Notes: a model not told the origin generated them from the sequence alone. 64,000 nucleotides of DNA from Lytechinus pictus (GCF_037042905.1 NC_087251.1:33356001-33420000), one strand, 5' to 3'; positions 24,171-38,019 are shown, numbered from the stretch's first letter. Numbers and translations are program-made.

Positions 24171-25901
24171 CTTAGTCTGCTGCTTCCACTGTGGCGAAAT
24201 CCATTTTAATCCATTTTCGACCCACTTGTCAAAAAAGGCCTATAATATTTGCTCAACCGAAATCAATGATATGTCTTTTGGGCATCTTTTAGCACAGGAA
24301 AATTTTGATCGTCTAAAATCATTGCAAACTCTCTATCAATTTAGAAAAAAATAATTTCTAAACTTTTCATTTTATTTTTATATGCACTATACACTTGTAA
24401 GGACTATACTCCTATCATAACCTTCCTGATGACGCCCCAAAGTATGAGAGATCCTCATTGTTCTGAACTGTGAAGACTCTTTACAAACCAAGTTAATATC
24501 AATCACATCAAAAGAGAACATCTCCATGTACATTCTGATCACGAAATAGATTCAGAGGATACCGATTTGTTTTCCTTGTCGAAAATATATTCCAATTCTA
24601 AAATATGTGGTCCGTGTCTGTCTCGAAGATTGTGTGGTGGTGGATTCTTCAATTGAAGCACGTAGAGTAAAATTATTCTGGTCATGTACAGAAATAAAAT
24701 ATCCATCTAATTATGATTTCATTACCTTTTTAGAAACCTTTTTGTCACAAACGATGCGTACCAACATCATTTGATAAAACTCGCTTAGCGGGGTATAAAA
24801 AAAACTTCCTCATTTTCTAAGAAATTGGGGATGTAAAATAAAAATAGCTTTTTTTCATTTTACACCTGCAGATCACCTTAATCGATACTGATAGCTATAT
24901 AGCAAAAGGCCGGGAGCATTATGAAGCCGAGCCTTATTTTGCACAATATTGTTGGGAACCTTGAAATATGACTCTCAAATTCAATCATTGTCACTTTTAA
25001 TGCACTTATTGAATCAAATCCCCATTGTGTTGCCCCTGTCTTCATGCAGGAGATTGATCACTTAAAAGCAGAGATTTTTGTTTTGATACCTTGCCCTGCA
25101 GAATGAAGATCAGAGGCCCGTCTTACAAAGAGTTGCGATTGATCCGATCAATCGCAACTATGGAAAGCCAGCAAAGTCAACTTATGCAATGCATGTTTAT
25201 TCAATTTTTTTCTAGAATATGAACGTATATCCATACGTTCATTGATTTCTTGACAGTTTGGTGTGTTCTCCTTAGTTTGCATACACACACACACACACCC
25301 ACACGCGCACACACCCTCTCGCCTGTGTGAATGTATACCACTCACTCTCTAATATTCACAAGACCACGGCAGAACTGTGCCATCATTGGATTTGTCAGCG
25401 CAATGATTATCATTGACAACGAACATGATCAGAGCTTATCAAGCTATTGGGGGCAACCGTGCCAAAAATACCGGCAAAGGAAACAAGTTTTCCGGCAACA
25501 CGTCATTCGATAATTGAAACACCTTCCAAATATGGCGACTAGCGAAACGAGCAAATTGAATGTTATTTGTATACTCGGATGCTTTGCAGCGATACAATCG
25601 GTACTGAAACCGTATATCGATCCAAAATCTAATTACAATCTCTGGGCAGCATTTCATTACCGCCCAACTATCTGAAAAACGCTTGCAGATAATGCGATAT
25701 TGGTCCGAAAAGTAAACGCAGTCGCTTGATTATCCTTATTTGAGTGATGGTTGTTGACTCGAAACCATCATCATTTTGATATTTATGTTTTAATTGAAAT
25801 GTATGTGAAATGTTCATAGTTATGTTAACATAAATTCACTCTAAATTCATTGAATGTTGATGTCACTACCAATGAAAGGGAAAAGCGAATGAAACTCACT
25901 C

Positions 25902-26619
25902 ATTAATAAGTAACCCTAATTATTTTTCACACATTATAGACTTTGCATTCTTGTCAACAACAGAGATTGGATTTCACATCAAAATGATTGAAAACGTGAT
26001 CTTTCAGACAGCTTTATGAAACATAATGTAACCATTTGTGAAATACTGGCATTTATTTCACACATTATAGACTTTGCATTCTTGTCAAAAACAGAGATTA
26101 ATAAGTAACCTTAATTATTTTTCACACATTATAGACTTTGCATTATTGTCAACAACAGAGATTGGATTTCACATCAAAATGATTGAAAACGTGATCTTTC
26201 AGACAGCTTTATGAAACATAATGTAACCATTTGTGAAATACTGGCATTTTTTTCACACATTATAGACTTTGCATTCTTGTCAAAAACAGAGATTAATAAG
26301 TAACCTTAATTATTTTTCACACATTATAGACTTTGCATTCTTGTCAACAACAGAGATTGGATTTCACATCAAAATGATTGAAAACGTGATCTTTCAGACA
26401 GCTTTATGAAACATAATGTAACCATTTGTGAAATACTGGCATTTTTTTCACACATTATAGACTTTGCATTCTTGTCAACAACAGAGATTAATAAGTAACC
26501 CTAATTATTTTTCACACAATATAGACTTTGCATTCTTGTCAACAACAAAGATTGGATTTCACATCAAAATGATTGAAAACGTGATCTTCCAGACAGCTTT
26601 ATGAAACATAATGTAACCA
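25902..26619. repeat. 195-bp tandem repeat, about 3.7 copies
   Basis: ATTAATAAGTAACC recurs at 25902, 26097, 26292 and 26487; the copies are near-identical. Confidence 0.95.
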
Positions 26620-29263
26620 GAAGTAATAACAACAGACTAGTTGTAACACTTGGTAACTCATATATAAAGTAATAAACGTATTTGGATACATAACAAACAT
26701 TTAAAATTATGGTTTAGTTATCAGTATATGGATAGCACTATAGTGCACCTTTATTATTGAAAAGACAAGACCTATTAGTGATGCCAGTATTTCACAAATG
26801 ATTATTAGGTATATCATAGAGTTAATCGGGTACACCTCTCCATGCGCGCATCTTTTTTTTCTTTCCCTTTCTTTCCCTTTCCCTTTTTCTCTATTTTTTT
26901 CATCACCTAAAGGGTATCATAGAAAGGGCGGTTGCCCTCTCCCATGCAGGTCGCCGCCCCTTATCTGGACTATCACAAAACTATCACGCATAAATTATTC
27001 AGTAACCTATCACGTCATTCCAAATAAGCGTAAAAAATATATTATGTCTTATGATATCTCTCAATATCTTAGTAAACTCTCTCTTTATGAAATGCTGTTT
27101 ATTTTTTTTTTCATTTATGCATGATTTCATACTATTCGTACTTTAATGTTTACTATGTTTGAATGTATAATGAATTTATATTGAATCATTGTTGAATTGT
27201 TGTTGATTTGTTAGGCGCCTTGGGAATTCCTTGGAATCATGTATTCATGTATGATTTGGTTATTATTATAATTNNNNNNNNNNNNNNNNNNNNNNNNNNN
27301 NNNNNNNNNNNNNNNNNNNNNNNNNNNNNNNNNNNNNNNNNNNNNNNNNNNNNNNNNNNNNNNNNNNNNNNNNNNNNNNNNNNNNNNNNNNNNNNNNNNN
27401 NNNNNNNNNCACTGACCGCCCCCCCCCCCTTCATCCTATCAGAGAACCCTATGTCCGCCACTAATTGGTTTATTCATTACTTTAATTGTTGAACGCTCGC
27501 TGCATTCTCTAAGGAGAAAAATGAACCGATTCATTCCCTCTCCTCGACTTCTCGAGTTCACGCAAGACGTTTCACGAAGGGTATTGTAGACGGGTTTTCT
27601 CCGACAAATTTGTTGTCAGCCAATCAGCTCAATGCATTTCAGTGGCTTATAACAGTTAGTGGAAAATCACTAACAGACAGTTTCATGAAACGATCCCGAT
27701 TTACCAGGGAGCATCAGCATGAACCTAGAGCAACTGAATAGTAATGTAAATAACGAGTCTCTCTTAAAACCTGCAAGTATTGACGTCACAATGGTTTAAA
27801 GATTTACATGCAGTAGTGACGTCATGATACTACCCTGGCAGCTATGAAGAGGAAAGGCTAAGTAATTAACGAATTGCAGATATTACAAACATTTAGAATA
27901 TTACATGTAGAAGTGACGCCATAAAATGAGCTGCTAATAAAAAGAAGCATTGTACAAAAAGTCATAGTAATTTTATTAGTTTGATGAAAAATAATTTTGT
28001 AAGTAAAATTGAAAAAAAAGTGCGTCTAACAATAAAGGCGCGTTTAAATAATAGACCTTTTTTATCNNNNNNNNNNNNNNNNNNNNNNNNNNNNNNNNNN
28101 NNNNNNNNNNNNNNNNNNNNNNNNNNNNNNNNNNNNNNNNNNNNNNNNNNNNNNNNNNNNNNNNNNNNNNNNNNNNNNNNNNNNNNNNNNNNNNNNNNNN
28201 NNNNNNNNNNNNNNNNNNNNNNNNNNNNNNNNNNNNNNNNNNNNNNNNNNNNNNNNNNNNNNNNNNNNNNNNNNNNNNCATTGTGCAGCGTATCCTATTC
28301 TGATAGTATCCGCTCACATATTGTGGTACAGCAGAATGAATGTTTTTATTGAAAGTGTTGAATACTCGAGGGGAGATATCTGTAATTAACTCTGTCCTCT
28401 ATGAAGAAATATAGCCATGTGCATGCTTTTGCTGACAGACTATTAGATTTTTCAACGATTAAAATGAACCCGGTTTTCTTGATTTTAAATGTTATTGCCG
28501 AAAGCGTTGCTAAACCGCCATCTTTTCGCGATCTTATTTCTCTGTAATTACTCTTCGCCTCTCTATTCCTCTTCCTTTATCTTTCTGTCGGTAAACTGAT
28601 TAAATCGTTGTGCATATATGCCTGAAAGCAATCGAATTATTATTCGCAATTTCAATATTGCTGGAGGCACATATATACCGGCACTATATTTTTATAAAAC
28701 ATTTCGTTTTCTGTAGAATCCACTCATGATACCTAGGCTTAATAAACAAACGGCACGAAGCCTTCCTGTAAATGATCAAAATTTAACTATAAAATGTTTT
28801 AGAAAGCCTATATCGGTATCCATTTGATGAAAATTATATTTTCTTACCAGGGGCGGTGCCAGGGTAATTTGTTTTAATGGGTGGGGGAGACAAGATAAAC
28901 CAAGGGTGACGTCACTTTCCACATTTGAACAATAGGGTATACCATGAAGTTAAACACCCAAACGTCACTATTTTATTCTTCTGTTTCTGTTTTCTTAATT
29001 TTTCGTCTTTTTTTGGTCTCATCTTTCTCCTCTTTTTTCCCCACTACGTGAGGGGTCACACAGGCCGTTCTTTCCTTGCCCCCCCCCCCCCTCTCCCCTG
29101 GTTCCACCCTCGAGACCTGCTGTAAAATTACCCGAATTACCAAAGTGACATTTAAGTGTTAAGGGGGATATTTGGAAGTAATATTATACAAATATACTGC
29201 TCTCATAAGACGTCACAAAAAAAATTAAGAGACTTCAAAACTATTGATGGATTTTCATCAAAC

Positions 29264-30335
29264 CAGGGGCGGCGATCCTGGGGGGCCGGATGGCACTGTG
29301 CCCCCTGGCCCCCCTCCCCCAGGATCAATTTGAAGCACTGAAATGGTGCCCTTTTTATGCAAGAAGAATGCCCCTCACGAACGTGTCCTTTGCCACTTTC
29401 ATCGGATGAGGACCCGATTTAGGTGTTACCAAGGGCCCTTTCTCATACAAGTGCCAATTTTTACCAAAAATGTCCCCTCTCGAACGTTTTCAGTGCCCCT
29501 TTCTCCTCAGAAGGACCCGTTTTATGTGTTAGCAAGTGCCATTTCTCGTACCATTGCAAATCTTTACAAAAAATGCCCCTCACGAACGTGTTCTGTGCCC
29601 CTTTCACCTGAGAAATACCCGTTTAATGTGAGAGAAAGTGCCCCCTTGCCTTCTTGTAAGTGCCCTTTCTCGAATCAGTGCCCATTTTGACCCAAGAAAA
29701 GTATCCCTCACGAACGTCTTCTGCACCCCTTTCGTACCTGAGAAGAACCCGTTTTATGCCGTTAGCAAGTGCCCCTTTGCCTTTTTATAGGTGCCCTTTC
29801 TCGTATCAGTGCCCCCTTTTTACCAAGAAAAGTGCCCCTCACGAACATGTTCTGTGCCCCTTTGAAAAATGAAAACAATATTCTAATTTTTATATGTTAC
29901 TACTTATGAAGGAAAAACTTCTAAAAATAATCCTACGTGGCTTAAGTTTCATGAGTAATGTGAGTGGGGTATATAAGCAGTGGCGTACAGATGGAGGGCT
30001 CTTGCCCCACCCCCCCCCCTAACAAAAAATCACAACCAAGAAAAAAAAGAGAAAAGGAAAGAGAGAAGGGTCAAATATGGTATCATTTTCTGAAAATTAC
30101 GTCGAAATCTATCACAAAATTGGATTTTCCTTATAAAAATGTCACGAGCTTCTTATGAATTTTTCATGATACAAAATATTTAGCCCGCTCAAAATTTTTG
30201 GCTCATTTCACCATTGTAGATAAGTCATTTTTTTTCTTTGTTTCAAGATAGTGCCCTTTTCGAAAGAAAAAGTGCCCTTTTTTCCCTGTGCGCCCCCCCC
30301 CCCCCCCCACTTTCAACTTCGCTCTGCGGTCCATG
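29264..30335. mobile_element. hAT-like non-autonomous element carrying a TGCCCCT-rich minisatellite (about 5 units of 100-130 bp, 29340-29870)
   Basis: CATCAAAC|CAGGGGCGGCG ... GCGGTCCATG|CATCAAAA gives an 8-bp TSD with one mismatch. The unit core CCCCTCACGAACG recurs at about 29370, 29475, 29575, 29705 and 29835. Confidence 0.6.
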
Positions 30336-33300
30336 CATCAAAACTTCAACAATATCTTAAATAATGATTTTAAATTAAATTAACTTTATAAAAATATGTG
30401 CCTTTTCCACGGATAATGGCGAATCGTTGCCACAGTTCTTCCCTAGATGCACCGTGACTTTTATTCTCAAGCGACGTTTCTAGCATCAATATGCATAACG
30501 CTCCATCTATTGTTTTTCTCAGGCCCACTTACGGGATCAAGGGTCTACTATCATTTCATATTTCATATCGAGCATCGCATGCCTACCTCGGGCTCCTTCA
30601 AGCACGGGGATGAACTTCACAGTTCAACCTTCTCACCCCCATTCTTCATTGCCCCCTGGGCGGTAGATCTATCCGTTGCTGGAATCGGGGCCTGTATGTG
30701 CATGGTGCTTAAAAATCCTCCTGCATGCATAACGGATGAATGGAGAGGGCACTTCCGGAACAAGTTGCTATCTACTGAAGATTGGGGGAGTTCCTTCACC
30801 CAATGGAGGCTCTTTGTATAAGAGTGGTAACCTAGGTTGGAAGAGGAATATAGTCGAGTATACAAGAATAGTTTGACAGACTCAGACAAGATTGATAGGA
30901 AGAAGAAATAAGGATAAAGACCAACAGAAAAGGGGCAGCGGATGGGGTAGGATTGAGGAAGAGTTGAGAGAGAAAGAGAGAGATAGGGGGAGAGAGATAG
31001 AGTGGTGTGTGTATGGTGTATGGTGGAGGGAAGAGCGGACGGATGTCTTTTCATGGGATTTGACCAAATTTTTTCCAAAATTAGTCACATTACTTTTTTT
31101 ACTTTAAAAAATTATTTTAGAATTGTAAGCTGTCTTAATATTCAATTACCCTAACCCTATTCATCTTTTTAAAAAATGCCCCAAAACAAAGAGAGAAAGG
31201 TATAGGTTACAGCATGCAACATTGTATATTCTCAATATCAGCATATTTTTGCAGAACTTACGTGATCCAAATAAAAAACACTTGACTTTTCCGTTTTAAA
31301 CCGCGGATACCCTCGCCCTACTCATCCACCCCCCCCCCCCCTCTTTGATCGAGATCCGACTGGATAAGTGCAACATGGATCAATACCGGTTTCCTGGGGA
31401 CCGGGTAGGCCTCGGAAGCACCGATGTTCAGTGGCCTAGAAAACACTGTAAAAGTTCATCGATAAATAGGTAGGAGGTTGGCTATTTATGGCCATCGCTT
31501 GCATGATTCATGTAGCCTATACTCTCTTTCAGTTATCCACGCTCAGCTGAATCTCCAGTTGGATGAAAGTGGGACAGGAGTGAGGGTGGGGGATAGTATA
31601 GGGGGCATATATTTTTTTTTTGGGGGGGGGGCAGTAACAGGGTTGCAGCTACAAAGGGAAGGAGGTCAACTTTTATTGAATTAGAAAATAGTTGCTGGGG
31701 AAGAGGAGCATAAAGATGATGAATAGCAGAAACACAGATAAAAGAAAAGTATAAAGAGGTCTTGTATAACGCTATATTAGTAGATTAAATGAAAACACCG
31801 ATGTTTAATCAAAATATCTGCGTATTTTTAGCTTTTGAAGCATGGAATGGTTTATAAACAAATTAGGATATAATCGTTGATATCAAAAATAGCTTTTTAA
31901 TATCCAATGAGTTAATGTGTAAAGTAGTTACTCAGACTGCTTTTTTAGATAAAAACTAAAAAATAGTACCGAGAGGGGCGCAAGATTTAACCTTAAATCC
32001 TAACGGCAGGAAAATTAAATCTAAAAAAAACACCAGAATTTAAATCGAATGGGTAAAAATGCATTCAATGACTACTACGTGTATATTGTAAATATTGATG
32101 ATACTTGAATATCCTAGTAGTTCACATTACTGACCCTTTAACAAAACTTTAGACAGCTAAAGGCTTTTATAATAATATTTTAGGAACAGTTATTTTTTTC
32201 TCCATGGTAAAAGACGGATGAATTGAAGAAATTGAACAAAACGGTTGAAACATTGAGACCCTCGCCAAAGCCAAAAGGCGAAATCCATGAATAATTCAAT
32301 GGTAATGGGAAAGTGTGTTTTGTGATACACTCTATAGCATTACGCTTTGGGCAAATAGTCCATATAGTAAGTGATGAATATACCAACATAGCCTTTGAAA
32401 AACTGTGAAATAATTTCAGGATGTGAGAAAATAATATAAATGTGAATATTGTTTAATGGGGCTGTGATACATATACGAGCAGAGTAGCCAGAGTAATAAA
32501 GACAAAAATATTCGCTCATGAAAGCAATTGTGCTTTGAGAATGTAAAAAGTTGTCTTGAAATTCTCACACATTTTGCTTATTGAACAGGCGTTTTTTTTT
32601 CAACTTAGTTTCACACCTGTAATAAGTGCTTTAGAGTTGAAGATCTGAGTTTGAAGAAAGGTGTATGTTTGGTTTAACATTGTGATATTACAGTCTTTCC
32701 CCGTATGATTTATTCAAGAAAACATGGAGCGTGCCTTTCTTTGTTTGAAAATATAGAAACGCTTTAAAAAGATTCGCGGGTTCACTTTGTGAGATGCTGA
32801 AAGAGTATCGTGCAAATGAAACTGCCGAAATTTACGAAAAATTCAAGAGGTGTAATGAGATATAAACATCATTTTTAAACTGTAAGAATTTTTGATATCA
32901 CACAACATCATTTAGAGTATAGAACATTGTTAAGCATTGTTAATAAGTTTATTAGTGTCTCGACAATGCACGAAACTAATTAGATCCTTGTTTTAATAAA
33001 TGCTATGGAGAGAATGATCGAACGGTTATGAAAATATTATACGAATCTTGCATAATGATTTAAGTGAAGTACAACTTTTCTATTTTTTTCTCGAACTGAC
33101 ATTGTAACCAAAATTATAAATTGTTTGGAAATGTGCCGTATCTTCCCCAGTTTCTTGGAGCGAATAGTTTGTCCGAATTATGATAACACACACACAAACA
33201 CACCCACACTCACGGATGTTCAACACGAAACAATATACCTCGCACCTTTTAGCGAACCCCATCGTTTCATTCTTGGTCACAATACTATATATGCATTATC

Positions 33301-34311
33301 GACGCGTCAAGGTCCAGCAGAGTGAGAGTTTGAAATGTCAGACGATTGGGTGTGCATGCTAAAAACCTCGTCGTATTATTGCGCATTTAAAAGCAACATT
33401 ACTCAAAACGGGGGTTCACTTGAAGGTACTTTTTTACAAGATCTGATATTTTAAATATCAGATTATGACAAAAGGAAGTCAGTGTTTTTCGATCAAATAC
33501 AATTTTCTCACTTTGGCTTGACACTTTAGCTCAATGTCACCCTTTTTTAAACTTGAAATTATTGAACAAATCATTAAGGGATATCATAATAAATGTCATT
33601 GATTCGGGAGCGAATCCAATATTTTAACTGATGTAATGATGGCATAGGCCTATTTCTGAAAACAAAATCTCAAGCAAGCAAAAAAAGGGGAGAGAAGCTT
33701 ATCACGAATTCCGAAGGGGTGGGGCAGGGAGAATAAATCACTTCCTAAACCCTAATTTTGGTGGCATTTCATTTCAGAACTTAGGGGGGGGGAGGTAAGA
33801 GAAAGGGGGAAGGAGAGCTCAGCAATAGTAAATGAAGGAGAAGAAGAAAGAAGAAGAAGAAAAAAAAAAGCAATAGAAGAAGAAGGAGAAGAAATTTTCC
33901 CCAAAAAATCTGACCGAGAGCTTATAAGATAAAATCATAAAAATTAGCAGGGTCAAATATATTAAATCAGTAGCTTGAAATTCAGAGTAGCAGTAATAGG
34001 ATTATGATGGCGCTCTTCAATCTTTTCAGATTATACACACCAGTCACTTTCGTAAGATGGACTATGGCTGAGGGGAAAAAATGTGGCAATGGTGAGGTGA
34101 ATCTATTTGCAATACATAGTCACCCATAAACCAGGCTCTGTAATAACTTATGACTTCGCCAAAAAGCAAATTCCAAATATCAAATTATATAACTGACAAA
34201 GTTAATAACGCGCGTGATGTAAGATTTTCGTGAAAAGGCAAGCTAACCAAATAATTCACAAATATAATAGTTAACCATTACCTATAAAGGTACGAGCTAT
34301 CGAATTACAGG

Positions 34312-34463
34312 CACTGGCGTACCTAGGATTTTCCAGGATTTTCGTCAGTGGGGGCAAAAAGGTCTTTCAAGCTCGTCAGGGGGGCAGGGATACATGCATG
34401 GGTGGTGGCTCGTCAGGGGGGGCAGACTACCCCTCTGCCCCCCCCCCCGTAGGTACGCTAGTG
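34312..34463. mobile_element. hAT-type MITE (152 bp)
   Basis: Perfect 8-bp TSD ATTACAGG (34304-34311, 34464-34471); TIR CACTGGCGTACCTA / TAGGTACGCTAGTG. Confidence 0.9.
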
Positions 34464-35510
34464 ATTACAGGGTTTATTTTTATATTATGCGTCTCTGTTT
34501 CTCATATTTTGAACAAAACATAATGTTCAAAAGTTTCAAACACAATGCATACCTCACCGAGTACTGACGAGTGACGTTTGTTTGAGACAGTTTAATATTC
34601 ATTTACCTTCATTCAGTGTTGAAGGCATGTCATCTAAGATTGTGATTTTTTTATAAGATTTCCTTCACAATGGCGCATTTTATGAAATATGAATTAATAA
34701 TTTGAAGTGACGATAAAAATAGTCTCCAAACTTAATGACAACAGAACATGATTTATCATGCCCATAGACGATAAGGAGGGCATAGACTTCCGCAGACCCT
34801 CCCCCTCCCCTGTAAAAAGGGAAAAGAAAAAAGAAGAAAAAGGGGGAAGGGGAGGGGGAATCTGGAAAAAAGATGAGAAACTGCAGAATGTTAGGTTAAA
34901 TACTCATCCTGTTCATGATTACAAAAGGTGCGTAGAATGTTCACGCGTTTTAGGTATAAATCGCCCCCAAATCACCTCGCGCTTCGCGGTCCACATCATT
35001 AATAGTAACATCAATGTCCTCTTAATAATGTTTCATATTGAACAATGCTTTACATGTTTCCTTTGGGGTCAGTGTATCAACATGCTTCACTCTGGCATTA
35101 TTATTTTTTTCTTTTCATTGACATACAATTTAATTCAGAAATGTGTTTAAAAGGTCCAGTTTTCAGATTGGCATATAACAAACTTTTAGCTCGCTTTTCA
35201 CTCGCATCAATATCTAAGCAAGATACCATTTCTTTTCAATAAACATTTTAAAAGGTTATCTCTCTGTGTCAGTTGCAATTATCGTTTATTGGATACATAC
35301 GTTCTTAAACTTTCAGTATTCTTTATTTTTGTATATCGATGCATCTTGATGCTAGGAAACCCCTCAAATCCATCCCATGTGGTTTTGAAGATTTTTTCAA
35401 TGCATTGAAACTTTAAAAATTGAAAATTTACTATTGCGCACAATTTTGGCCAATTTTGACAGGACGCGGTGCGGCAAGAGACCCCCAAATCAAACCTCCT
35501 CGTATCTTCT

Positions 35511-35548
<38 letters not shown>

Positions 35549-35838
35549 TGCGCCTCCATAGGGGTAGCCTGTCTCACTTTAGGCTCTTAAATTTGGTTTG
35601 ATTTTCACTGTTATATTTGCTTGTTGTTAATATTTGTTACTGGTTTATGATTTGTTATTGGTCAAGGATGCGTGTAGTCATCTTACAAGACATACTTTGG
35701 TAAGATAGTTGTGTATTTGATGTTTTAATTTTTGTACTTGATCCTGCTGTACCTAAGTTCTCATGTACTGCCATATGCATTCACTGTTCTGTATGCAGTA
35801 TCTATTGAATGTTATGTTCTGCTCCATTGACCTTGTAG

Positions 35839-38019
35839 CTAGCCCTCTGTATTAATCTGCAGAATCCAAAGAAGAGAGTTTCCTTCAGAAAATTTCGCAG
35901 CATCGACTTGGACATTTTCCGGAATGACATCAGAGGCATGTTAAATTCACCTCCCGAACTGACATGTCCATCTGAGGCTTTGGATCATTACAACACCTGC
36001 CTGAGCTCTCTGATTGACAGGCATGCCCCTCTTCAAGTAAAAACTGTCACTGTCAGACCAAAATCACCTTGGTTCACTGATGACATCATAGAAGCCAAGA
36101 GACGAAGGCGGCGGGCTGAACGCCGCATGATTAAGTCTGGACTTGGTGCTGACAGGGAACTGTATCGCCGAGAATGTGGGTCTTACTACGAGTGCATTTT
36201 CAATGCTCAGTCTACATACTTCAGAAATCTTATTGCAGAGTCGGACACGAAGCAGTTATTCAACATCGTCAGATCACTTTCATCAACAGATCATTCTTCA
36301 GTTCTCCCAGATCATTCATCTGCAGAGAACCTCTCCAACCGGTTTGCTGAGTTCTTCAGGGAGAAGGTCTCGAAACTAGTATCATCCTTCAATCCTGCTA
36401 TCCCAGGTCCAACAACTTCACCTTCTACAGAACACAACTTCTCACAATTCCGTCTCATCAGTGATCTAGATATCCAGAAACTCATCAAGTCATTGCCATC
36501 TAAACACTGCAATCTAGATCCGATTCCTGCATGGCTTCTGAAGAACTCTCTCGAGGAACTTATCCCTGTCATCACAAAGTTTATTAATCTCTCTTTGTCA
36601 TCCGGCATTGTTCCTGAAGCTCTGAAAACATCACTTCTACTTCCTCTCCTCAAAAAGTCGAGTCTTGATCCAAATAATCTCGGCAACTACAGGCCCATCG
36701 CGAATCTGCCCTTCATTGGTAAGGTCTTGGAGAGGGTTGTGACTTCGCAGTTAAAGGATCACCTTGAAGGATTTGGCATGCTTCCAGTCAATCAGTCAGC
36801 TTATCGGAATCACCATTCTACAGAGACTGCCCTGGTGAAAGTTTTCAATGATCTTCTCCTGGCTGTTGATAGGGGCGAGGAGGCAGTGCTCGTTCTGCTT
36901 GATTACACCGCTGCATTCGACACCATCGACCACGAACTGTTACTGTATCGCCTGCAAAATGACTTTGGTATAACTGGGACTGTCCTTGATTGGCTCCGTT
37001 CTTACCTCCACAATCGAAGTCAACAAGTTACCATCAACGGCACCCTATCGGCGAGATTCCCCTTGGTCTGCGGCGTTCCGCAGGGTTCAGTGGTTGGCCC
37101 GCTCCTCTTCATCTTGTACACAAGTCCTCTGTCAAGATTCATTGACTCTCACCGGGACATTCGACATGCCATGTATGCTGATGATACACAAATTTACATC
37201 ACTTTGAAACCCACTGGTAAACATGAAGCTGCACAGAAGCTCAATAGTTGCTTAGAGGACATCAAAGCCTGGTCACATGATAACAAACTCTGTCTTAACG
37301 AAAGCAAGTCTGAAATGATCCACATCTCCTCCAAATTTAGAAACACAGAGTCCTTCCCAATGCTCTCAACCACAAGTAGCACTAGCGATAGTATTTTGAT
37401 GTGTAATGAGTTGGTAAGGGATCTTGGGGTGACAATTGACAAGAATCTCACATTTCAACAGCATGTTAAGAATATTTGTAAGTCTGCCTCCTTTGGTATT
37501 TTTAAGATTGGAAAAATGAGGAGGCTACTCGACCAACCCACAACTGCTAAACTTACCCATGCTTTTGTATCTTCCCACATTGATTACTGCAATTCAGCTC
37601 TTTCTGGTATCCCACTGTCACATTTACGCCCACTTCAAAGAATTCAAAATAGTGCTGCAAGGCTTGTTACTCTTTCAAGAAAATCTGAACATGTTACACC
37701 TATTCTGAAATCACTTCATTGGCTTCCAATACGCCAACGCATCATTTTCAAAGTTCTTCTCATGACGTATAAAATAATCAATGGCCTAGCTCCTGAATAC
37801 CTCTCTAATCTCATTTCTCTCCGCTCTTCTAGCTCACTCAGACCACTTCGTTCTTCAACAACCTTGCAGCTTACTTTAGGACCACGTACAAATACCAGTT
37901 ATGGAGCCTTTTCCGTTTTCGCTCCAATCCAGTGGAATAAATTACCATCTTACATCCATAATGCCAACTCCCTTGATCAATTTAAGACCTTGCTAAAGAC
38001 CCACCTTTTTAATGTATAG
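35839..38019 (+). CDS. LINE ORF2 reverse transcriptase, N-terminally truncated (no APE domain, no native start)
   Basis: RT motifs NYRPIANL, QSAYRNHHSTETAL, LLDYTAAFDTIDH, GVPQGSVVGPLLF, YADD, RDLGV, and the L2-type C-terminus HVTPILKSLHWLPIRQRI..WNKLP..FKTLLKTHLF. Confidence 0.92.
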   Translation, partial: LALCINLQNPKKRVSFRKFRSIDLDIFRNDIRGMLNSPPELTCPSEALDHYNTCLSSLIDRHAPLQVKTVTVRPKSPWFTDDIIEAKRRRRRAERRMIKSGLGADRELYRRECGSYYECIFNAQSTYFRNLIAESDTKQLFNIVRSLSSTDHSSVLPDHSSAENLSNRFAEFFREKVSKLVSSFNPAIPGPTTSPSTEHNFSQFRLISDLDIQKLIKSLPSKHCNLDPIPAWLLKNSLEELIPVITKFINLSLSSGIVPEALKTSLLLPLLKKSSLDPNNLGNYRPIANLPFIGKVLERVVTSQLKDHLEGFGMLPVNQSAYRNHHSTETALVKVFNDLLLAVDRGEEAVLVLLDYTAAFDTIDHELLLYRLQNDFGITGTVLDWLRSYLHNRSQQVTINGTLSARFPLVCGVPQGSVVGPLLFILYTSPLSRFIDSHRDIRHAMYADDTQIYITLKPTGKHEAAQKLNSCLEDIKAWSHDNKLCLNESKSEMIHISSKFRNTESFPMLSTTSSTSDSILMCNELVRDLGVTIDKNLTFQQHVKNICKSASFGIFKIGKMRRLLDQPTTAKLTHAFVSSHIDYCNSALSGIPLSHLRPLQRIQNSAARLVTLSRKSEHVTPILKSLHWLPIRQRIIFKVLLMTYKIINGLAPEYLSNLISLRSSSSLRPLRSSTTLQLTLGPRTNTSYGAFSVFAPIQWNKLPSYIHNANSLDQFKTLLKTHLFNV

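Noticed and set aside
24400-24680. Additional upstream coding exon for the protease
   Set aside because: There is an acceptor-like site on the minus strand, but stops occur in all three frames and the gene already has a signal-peptide exon. At most a UTR exon, which cannot be shown here.
29343-29872. Cys/Pro-rich ORFs resembling zinc fingers
   Set aside because: Translation of the TGCCCCT minisatellite; unit lengths are not consistently multiples of three.
31149-31160. Telomeric CCCTAA repeat
   Set aside because: Only about two units, which is expected by chance.
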